A DNA stretch of 64,000 nt from Pelagomonas calceolata. Taxonomy: Eukaryota. Location of the stretch: positions 1,302,001 through 1,366,000 of the forward strand of contig CAKKNE010000005.1 of the NCBI GenBank assembly GCA_918797485.1, read 5' to 3'. Numbering within the stretch: position 1 is the stretch's first letter; each line of letters opens with the position of its first letter. The translations under genes were made by a program, and so were the position numbers. The notes under the pieces are model-generated. The model was not told the origin of the DNA. It made no database searches and worked only from the letters and a program-made list of their open reading frames with translations. This document shows, one piece after another, positions 57,153 through 64,000 of this stretch.

Positions 57153-58136
57153 CTAAACAAGCTCCGCGAGCCGCGCCTTCGCGGCGCAGAGCTCCTCGGA
57201 TCCCGGGTCCGCCCTCATACCTAAAGCCTCCGCCGCGGCGACCGCGTCCACTAGAGCTGCCCGATCCTGCGCCCGCACCAAATCGTCCAGCGCCGCCTCA
57301 ACGTCCTCCGCCGGCACCATCGAAGGAAGCCGGGACCGCTCCTGCCAGACGCGATACGCGCGCGTCCGTTTCCCTTCCCCATCGCGCAGCACGAGCGTCT
57401 CCGTCACTGGAGAAGCGAGCCGCGGATCACCGAGCCGCGCGCACACGCAGACGCAGATGTGTGGTTTCCGACCCGCCTTGAAGACGACGTCGACGCGCCG
57501 CACAATGCCGAAGCCGTGTTTAGCCGGCGCGCTCTCACACCGCGAGTCCTGCGCCGCCATCACAAAAGCGAAGGTCCCTCCATCACATAAAGCTCGCGAT
57601 GCGCACTCACAATAATCATCAAGACCGCCCCGAAATTCCAACCTACAAAAGGCCCTCTGGTCGTGCGGCGACGCGACACCATCTTCGGGAGCGAAGTAGG
57701 GCGGGCTGCCCGTGACGAGGTCGTATTTGTGGTGGCCGTCGAAATGTCGCAGGTCTTCGAGGACCAACTCGACTCTGGCATCAAGCTTGTTTTTTGTTAT
57801 AGTTCGTTGACATAGATCATGAGACAAGGACTGGGCCTCGACGCACGTTAGTGTGGCTTCCGGCAACGACCGCCACAAAGTGATGAGGCCCACGCTGCCG
57901 ACGCCGCTGCCGAGGTCTAACAACCGCCGCGCGGTCGGTGCGGCTTCTGCCGCAAAAAAGCCGCAGAAGGCGTCGTCGTTCGAGAAGCGGTGGCCTTCCT
58001 TGAGTTGGGCAATGGACCAGTCCGGCGTCAGGGCGTCCCAGACGCACTCGACGGCGCGGCCGCGGCGCTCGAGCGCCGCGAAGCGTTTCGTTGGTACGAG
58101 CACGCAATTTCGCACGGTGGGGAAGGGCGCTGGCAT
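57153..58136 (-). CDS. SAM-dependent N6-adenine methyltransferase, tRNA1(Val) A37 (TrmN6/YfiC)-like
   Basis: Q.K.GHRFS.D, LLDLGSGVGSVGL, VEAQ, YDLVTGSPPYF, RAFCRLE. Confidence 0.75.
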   Translation of the reverse strand: MPAPFPTVRNCVLVPTKRFAALERRGRAVECVWDALTPDWSIAQLKEGHRFSNDDAFCGFFAAEAAPTARRLLDLGSGVGSVGLITLWRSLPEATLTCVEAQSLSHDLCQRTITKNKLDARVELVLEDLRHFDGHHKYDLVTGSPPYFAPEDGVASPHDQRAFCRLEFRGGLDDYCECASRALCDGGTFAFVMAAQDSRCESAPAKHGFGIVRRVDVVFKAGRKPHICVCVCARLGDPRLASPVTETLVLRDGEGKRTRAYRVWQERSRLPSMVPAEDVEAALDDLVRAQDRAALVDAVAAAEALGMRADPGSEELCAAKARLAELV

Positions 58137-58344
58137 TTGTGTAATGCGGCTTCAGCGCTTCGGCGGTCACGCGGCGACGAGCGATGCTGCAGTGCGTGTG
58201 AGAGCACTCTTGCTCTCAGAGCTGTGAGAAGTTTACAGCCGAATGAATGCAAGCAGGCGCTGCGGTGGCGTACAGTACTTATCTCCAAGGGTCGTGCAAC
58301 CGCCAAATCAATTTATGCGTATGCTGCGTCCATGGCTCGAAAAC

Positions 58345-58366
58345 CTAGTGTGTCAAAACCGCTAGC
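58345..58366 (+). promoter_or_regulatory. Bipartite upstream motif copy
   Basis: CTAGTGTGTCAAaacCGCTAGC in a divergent spacer. Confidence 0.5.
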
Positions 58367-58392
58367 TAGCGCCGTAAATTATCGGCGCTGCG

Positions 58393-59766
58393 ATGGAGAA
58401 CTGCCCGATTTGCCTCGAGGACCTAGACGGCGCGTCGCCCGTCCTACCCTGCGGCCATCGGTGCCATGCCAGCTGCCTGGGGCAGCTGGCCGACGCGAAT
58501 GGATGGGCAGCTACCCGGCGTGGCACGGTGATACCGTGCCCCAGCTGTCGCAAGGAGTCGCGAGTCGCCGCCCCGACGCCCGTCGCAGCGTTTGGCGTCG
58601 GCGACGAGGTCTACGCGTTGTGGGGGCACAGATGGTACCCCGGCGTCGTGGATGAGGTGCTTGAGGACGGATACGAGATCGCTTGGGACGAGGAAGACGC
58701 CTCCAACGAGATTCCTGCCGCTCGTGTCCGCGCGCGAGTTCCGGTTCAGCCCGTGCCGGCTCCAACGAACACACCAGAGCCGCCAGCCGCTCCTGGGACG
58801 GACGCGAGCGCTGCTCTACGGACGCTTGCGTTGCAGGCGCACGCGCGCGAGCAGGCCGCCGCGAACAGCGGGTCCGCGCCGGCGCCGCCCGCGCCGGTGG
58901 CTGCAGCACTGCCAAGCAAGCAAAAAAAAAACAGGCCGACCGCAGCCGTCCAACAACAACGCCTGCAGCTGACCAAGACCATCTTCGCGGCGAGCGAGGG
59001 CTCGCTCGCCCAGCGGCGCAAAACGACCCAGCGACTGCTCGAAAAAGAACTCGCAAAAACGGGAGGCAACGTCAGGTCGAAAGCTTGGCTCCTTGTCGAC
59101 GCGATCGCGCCGATGCGTGCCGGTCGTGAAACGGCACGGCCTCCGAACGTGAAAATATTCCTTCGGGTCACAAAACGAGCGACGCTCAGCTTCCTCACAG
59201 TCTCCCAGGACGACGTCGTCCTGCGCCTTGTGTTCAAAAGTCTCGCGCGGCCGTCCACGCGTGGTATCGAGAAAGTGCGCGTCATCATGGGCCTCGGCGG
59301 CGTGCGGAGCGTCGCGACCGTTCGGGCGTTCGGTGCGTTCTTGGCGTGCAACCGCGCCATCGTCCTGGCCGTCAACTTCGGCGGGCTGCCGAACAGGCCG
59401 GCGGAGTTCTGGGACGCCGTGCTCGACGCCCTCCGCGGCGGCGGCGTCGCCTACGTGTACGTCGGCCGCGACGACACGTCGCTCGACTTTACGGAAACGG
59501 TCAAGGCCGTGACCGAGGCGACCCGGCGGGCTCAGCTCCAGGCCTGGGCGGACGCCGGCGGCGCGCCCGAGGACGAGCCGCTCTGGCACCGCGAGGACGA
59601 GATTGCGCGCCTATGTCACCTGGCAGGCGGCGGCGAGGACGCCGCCTTTGGCAGGCCGTTGCCGCTCGGGTACCTGAAAGCCCCGCAGCGCGCCAAACAA
59701 CGGCGGCGCGCGTCGTTCGGGGTGTGTCCGTGGATGCCGTCGCCGCTGCACGACTTGCCGGAGTGA
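58393..59766 (+). CDS. RING finger + Tudor-like domain protein
   Basis: CPICLE...LPCGHRCHASC...CPSCR (RING-H2) and FGVGDEVYALWGHRWYPGVV...YEIAWDE (Tudor/Agenet-like). Confidence 0.8.
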   Translation: MENCPICLEDLDGASPVLPCGHRCHASCLGQLADANGWAATRRGTVIPCPSCRKESRVAAPTPVAAFGVGDEVYALWGHRWYPGVVDEVLEDGYEIAWDEEDASNEIPAARVRARVPVQPVPAPTNTPEPPAAPGTDASAALRTLALQAHAREQAAANSGSAPAPPAPVAAALPSKQKKNRPTAAVQQQRLQLTKTIFAASEGSLAQRRKTTQRLLEKELAKTGGNVRSKAWLLVDAIAPMRAGRETARPPNVKIFLRVTKRATLSFLTVSQDDVVLRLVFKSLARPSTRGIEKVRVIMGLGGVRSVATVRAFGAFLACNRAIVLAVNFGGLPNRPAEFWDAVLDALRGGGVAYVYVGRDDTSLDFTETVKAVTEATRRAQLQAWADAGGAPEDEPLWHREDEIARLCHLAGGGEDAAFGRPLPLGYLKAPQRAKQRRRASFGVCPWMPSPLHDLPE

Positions 59767-59951
59767 GGACCACCTGCATCGGCACGACTGTGGCAGTGTA
59801 CTAGTATTACTGTGTAAGACATCATGTGATAGAAAAAATTGTCGCCTTACGCGGCAGCCAGGAGGTCAAACCAGGCCGCTAGCAGGGACGGGTAAGAGAG
59901 ACCATCCACCCATCGACGAAAGAAACACACAAAACACCTACTCAGGAAGGA

Positions 59952-60578
59952 CTACCGCCACCAGCCGACGGGCCCGAGACCAGACGAAGCACACGACGCG
60001 ACGACCTCCATGGCCGAGGGCACGGGGTCCCTCGCAGATAAGTCGACGGATGATGATCGCATCCGAATCCCGACCTCCGGCCCCGACGTCGTGGCCTGCA
60101 GACCGCGCTTCCTTTTTGATAATCGCGTAAATTTCACCGAGGCCACCCTTACCAAGATCGAATCGCCGGTCTGGATCTTCCGCTGTTTTGAGTCCAGATA
60201 TAACCTTCTAGCAGGATCAAAAGTTGCTGATGAAGGCAAGTACTTCGCGGGAATGCGAATTTGCGAAAAGAAGCCAGTCGTGCATCGGAGGCCGTTCTCG
60301 TCGACAAATTCCACCGTACACCTCAGTACTTCGCCCACAAACGGCCTAAAAACGAGCAATCGGAACTCGGCTTGGTAGGTAGCTCCACCATCTAGAGCGT
60401 GCACGAGCCCGTCTGATACGGTCCTCGCGGTCTCGCAGCAAATGACAAAGCCCACGTCGGACAACACTCTACCACCGTACCGCGCATCGACCTCGTCCCG
60501 CAACGCATCTGATGGCGCCTTCCCAAAGGCCGCCGGGCTCACTCGCACAGCATCTCTCACTACAGCGAGCACAAACAT
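59952..60578 (-). CDS. POLR3H: RNA polymerase III subunit RPC8/C25
   Basis: MFVL...D.VRVSP..F, VLSDVGFVI, DGGA...FRLLVFRPFVGEVL, FFSQIRIP, C-terminal GLGPVGWW. Confidence 0.88.
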   Translation of the reverse strand: MFVLAVVRDAVRVSPAAFGKAPSDALRDEVDARYGGRVLSDVGFVICCETARTVSDGLVHALDGGATYQAEFRLLVFRPFVGEVLRCTVEFVDENGLRCTTGFFSQIRIPAKYLPSSATFDPARRLYLDSKQRKIQTGDSILVRVASVKFTRLSKRKRGLQATTSGPEVGIRMRSSSVDLSARDPVPSAMEVVASCASSGLGPVGWWR

Positions 60579-60697
60579 GAGCGGTGCTCCAGCGCTCGCG
60601 CAGCGGTCGTCGCCGATGGTCGCCGACGTTTACTGGTGCTGGGACCGCCTGGCGCTGGCGTGCCGTCGCTCAAGCGCCTTGCTCTGCGAGCGAGGCA

Positions 60698-60720
60698 GCT
60701 AGCGTCATGTAAGACACTAG
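60698..60720 (-). promoter_or_regulatory. Bipartite upstream motif copy
   Basis: Reverse complement is CTAGTGTCTTACatgaCGCTAGC, in a divergent spacer. Confidence 0.6.
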
Positions 60721-60916
60721 CAAAAAAAAGCTCTCTTTCACGCAACACTCTCGCAGCTCGGCACTGCGGCGAATTAACCTGAGCCCGAGTCCCTCGCACT
60801 GTACCAAAAATCAGGCGGCAGCTGGCTCTTGAGCTCCGCGGCTGCCCTACCTGTACCACGGGTCCGAGGGCTGCCCTCACGTGTACCACAAAGTTCAGAG
60901 TCAAGCAGACGCCACC

Positions 60917-62185
60917 ATGGCCCAGCGGCCCGCCGCGCCGACGCTGAGCCCCGCGCCAGACAATAACAAGCTCGCGTACCTCGAGTTCGACGTGCCGACC
61001 GCCGGCGCCCCGACCCATGCGATGGTGTACGTACACGACGACGTGACCGACAGGACGCTTATGTACGACGGGCAGACGCAAAAGTTGTTGCTAAACGGCG
61101 AACGGGGAAAGCTGCTCACCCTCGAAGAAAACGGGAGAACGTCTCGGCGCAAGCGCCTCACCGTCGCGGGGCTCTGGGCCGGCACGTTCACGGCCACGGT
61201 GGCTTTTCGCGCGGCGGACGATCTAGAGTTTGGGCCCACGTCGCCCGACAGCGCGCCGCTCGAGCGCGCTCCGGCCCCGGCTTGTGGCGCGCCGATGCTC
61301 GAGCCTGTCTCCGATACGCAGATTAGGGTCCACTTTGCGGTTCCGCACGGCTGTGAATCTGCATGCGTTGAGTTTTACGAAGATGGATCGAGGCCCGGAC
61401 TATCTGGACGATCTGTCGACCCACGAACGTGCACGCTGAGGAAATTTGGCGAGAGCGGACCGCCGTTTGCCGTGACGGGCGACACAACAATTGTTGTCAA
61501 TAATCTATCAAGTAAGATCTCCTACAGCGTGAATGTACGTGCGCACAATGGCATCGACTGGGGCGACGATTCCCCATCAAGCAAACCGATGAGGCTCGCC
61601 GACTACAAGCCGCGAGTTCCGTGTGTGCCAGTCGTGGATCAAATCTCCTCAGACTCGGTACGCGTGTTCTGCGCGCCGCTATCGAACTGTACTGATGCAA
61701 TCATCTTTTTCAAGAACGGACGCGACCTGATGATGGTAGACTCCTCTAGGGGCAACATGCTATCTCGACTTGAAAATTGGAGGAAGGCGTCACCGCGTGC
61801 TGATTGCTATAAAGGCGTCGTCGTGCCCGGTTTGTCGCCCGATACGGAGTACGAGGTGTATTGCAAGCAAGGTAATGTATTTGGCTGGTCTTCCGGCTCA
61901 CCATCTGTGCCAGGCTGCAAGTTCCGCACGCTGTCCGACGTCGAGATCACTGGCACGCAAACGCAAGCCGAGCGTGACCTGGAGCTTCGCAGGCAAGCGG
62001 TGGACGCCGACGCCGACGACGATCCGCCGCCCGCGTCGCAGCCCGTAAAAAAGGAGAAGAAAAACGGATACGCAGTGGACGGCTTCGTCGTCGACACTGA
62101 CGATGAGGAGGCCCCCGCCGCGGAGCCGGCGGCCAAGCGGCGGAAAGGGACGCCTCCATGGGACTGGACCACGGCGCCCTTGTAG
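60917..62185 (+). CDS. Fibronectin type III repeat protein with acidic/NLS tail
   Basis: VNNLSSKISYSVNVRAHNGIDWG, VPGLSPDTEYEV, tail DGFVVD...AKRRK. Confidence 0.7.
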   Translation: MAQRPAAPTLSPAPDNNKLAYLEFDVPTAGAPTHAMVYVHDDVTDRTLMYDGQTQKLLLNGERGKLLTLEENGRTSRRKRLTVAGLWAGTFTATVAFRAADDLEFGPTSPDSAPLERAPAPACGAPMLEPVSDTQIRVHFAVPHGCESACVEFYEDGSRPGLSGRSVDPRTCTLRKFGESGPPFAVTGDTTIVVNNLSSKISYSVNVRAHNGIDWGDDSPSSKPMRLADYKPRVPCVPVVDQISSDSVRVFCAPLSNCTDAIIFFKNGRDLMMVDSSRGNMLSRLENWRKASPRADCYKGVVVPGLSPDTEYEVYCKQGNVFGWSSGSPSVPGCKFRTLSDVEITGTQTQAERDLELRRQAVDADADDDPPPASQPVKKEKKNGYAVDGFVVDTDDEEAPAAEPAAKRRKGTPPWDWTTAPL

Positions 62186-62236
62186 GATGTCTAATGAATC
62201 AAAATAGAACGAATTACGCAGCCGCCCAGTAACTAA

Positions 62237-64000
62237 TTAGTGCGCCGGCTTGCCGACGAACTCGACGCCGACGCGGTGCAGGAGCAGGTGGAACTCCTCC
62301 AGGTCTAAAGCACCATTCCCGTCGTCGTCGATGTCCTTGATGAGGTTGTAGACCTGCGTTACAATTATCACGACACGAAAACACAACAACCCGCGGCAGA
62401 TCAGAAAAAAAGGGGTCCTACGGAAATGGATGGCGCTTCGGTTGGTCTCTCATAAGGTGCGTCAGTAAGGTTGTAAACTGAACGAAGGCTCGTCATCGGA
62501 CTCTATGACTCAAGAAACGCGGGAGAAACGCACGTCGTCGATGGACAGCTCCTGGCCGATCTCCCTTATCGTTTGATGGAGCTCGTGCACCGTGATCAAG
62601 CCGCCCCGGTCGTCGTCGACCTGTGTGTCTAGCGTCGACGGCGCGCGGCGGACACGAAGGGAAGCAGACGCCGCCGCGGAACAATTTCGAACATTTCTTT
62701 GAGTAACTCGTGGGGGTCCACGTTCTCCCGGACGTACCTCTCGAGTTTACGCCCGAAGGCGTAGAACTCATCAAAGGAAATCTCCCCGGACTTATCATCA
62801 TCGAGGAGCTCGATGATCTCCGTTATTTTGCCCTCCGTTGCTGTACTGAACTTCGTCAGTAGTACCCTCAACTCGCTCCGGTCGAAGATCCCGTCCTGGT
62901 TCTCGTCAAACACGTCGAAGATCGACCGCCAGCTCCGCTCCTCCCGCTCGTCCTTGCCTGCTTGATCAGATAACTGCATCGCGGCTCGGACGATGTCGGG
63001 CTTTCTCAGAAATGTGACCACTTTGAGAGCTTCAAAGGCCGCGACGGTCCGCTGCCGTCGGATGACGTGCTCCACAAACCGCAAATTCTGCAGAGATTCG
63101 ACATGGCCCGCGATCGCGAAATCATCAACAGCTTCTCTCACGTATATCGTACACAGTACTGGAGGTAGCAACGCGACGACGAGGACTATCAATCTCACGT
63201 AGATGGAGTAAGTAGCGAGGACTTCGCCTTTTAACAGTGCCGGGGCATGTACGAGTAACAATATCGCGATGTAGATAGCGGCCCCAAGAGGCACAAACCT
63301 CAACACATCCAAGGTAAATTTTGATTTTTGATGAGGGCCACTCCAAAAGGCGTGGTGGTACGTGTCGTGGACCAGAACCTTTTCCCTCGGTTCAGGAGGC
63401 CGCTTCGGGCTTCTAGGTGGACTCTTCGCGCCCTTCTTTTTGAAGGACCGCTCCTCCTGGGCGTGGCGTCTTCTTATGCTTCTATTGGTCATGGCCTTCA
63501 GCGAGCCGCGTTGGCCCCGTTGTTCCGCGTCGGCTAGGAGCGGAGCCGTGTGCTGCACGAGGATCCGTCGTAGTTTCGCCAATACGAGTCCGGCCATCAA
63601 CGGCAACGCATAGCCCGCCAGAATCCAGCCGACCATCTTGTCCCTCTTACCTAGTAAGCCGTCGACCTGCCACGCTAAGAGTAGTACAATCTCGAGACAT
63701 ACCCACGACTTGACAGGTACCTCTACGAGCTCCTCCAGAGTCCTCCCCAATGCAATTCCTAGATAGGACGCGAATTCAAAGTCCGCCGGGTGCAGATCGC
63801 GGACCACGCAAAATCTGTCACGTGTAAGTGAGAAGATCAGACTGTCGACTTGTTCGTCCGACGTGTTGGCCAGCGACAACAATGATGCTGATTGTAATAC
63901 TTTATGCTTCCGGATCGTCCGCTCCGACACGCGATCAACACTCAACCCCTCCCAGTCCTTCCACTTGTTAAGTACTCTATCTCCGAGTCTAGCTAAGTAC
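62237..64000 (-). CDS. MLO-like multi-pass membrane protein with four C-terminal EF-hands; 5'-truncated; introns 62621-62682 and 62354-62533
   Basis: Frame is open to the window edge (KWKDWE). FEFASYL...LEELVEV...W and FWSGP resemble MLO motifs. EF loops are DENQDG, DDDKSG, DDDRGG and DDDGNG after removing two GT-AG introns. Confidence 0.75.

Noticed and set aside
35006..58136. Two N6-type methyltransferases (NPPY, SPPY) as a restriction-modification or DNA-methylation system
   Set aside because: Their motifs fit the housekeeping N6AMT1 and tRNA m6A37 families, they lie 22 kb apart, and no nuclease is adjacent.
62354..62682. Introns of the MLO-like gene (also 37003-37117 and 36221-36298) as introners
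   Set aside because: They are GT-AG introns, and one ends in ACACAG like the family, but I found no convincing TIR or 8-bp TSD.

Overview
Gene-dense, very GC-rich eukaryotic nuclear DNA with short intergenic spacers and few, short introns. Gene content and intron style suggest a stramenopile microalga, probably a pelagophyte (inference, not proven). About 38 protein-coding genes can be supported, including NDH-2, XPB, an EML-type WD40 protein, a HADHB-like thiolase, N6AMT1, FKBP, SNIP1, RPL4, POLR3H, GT60 and GT14 glycosyltransferases, and an MLO-like EF-hand protein. No rRNA, tRNA or CRISPR feature was seen. Four signals stand out. (1) A tandem trio of YHYH-ectodomain genes: the central one reads signal peptide-YHYH-TM-putative MLKL-like helical bundle-coiled coil-intact TKL kinase, and the two flanking paralogues lack the kinase and look GPI-anchored. 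This is a candidate undescribed receptor/cell-death module. (2) Two related introner-type introns with 15-bp terminal inverted repeats (TIRs) and decayed 8-bp target-site duplications (TSDs), plus related degenerate introns. (3) A bipartite motif CTAGTGTCTTAC-N(2-4)-CGCTAGC, with about 12 clear and about 4 degenerate copies, all noticed in gene-upstream regions. (4) A myosin-derived protein with degenerate motor motifs fused to a PH domain. All domain calls come from reading motifs by eye; no searches were run.
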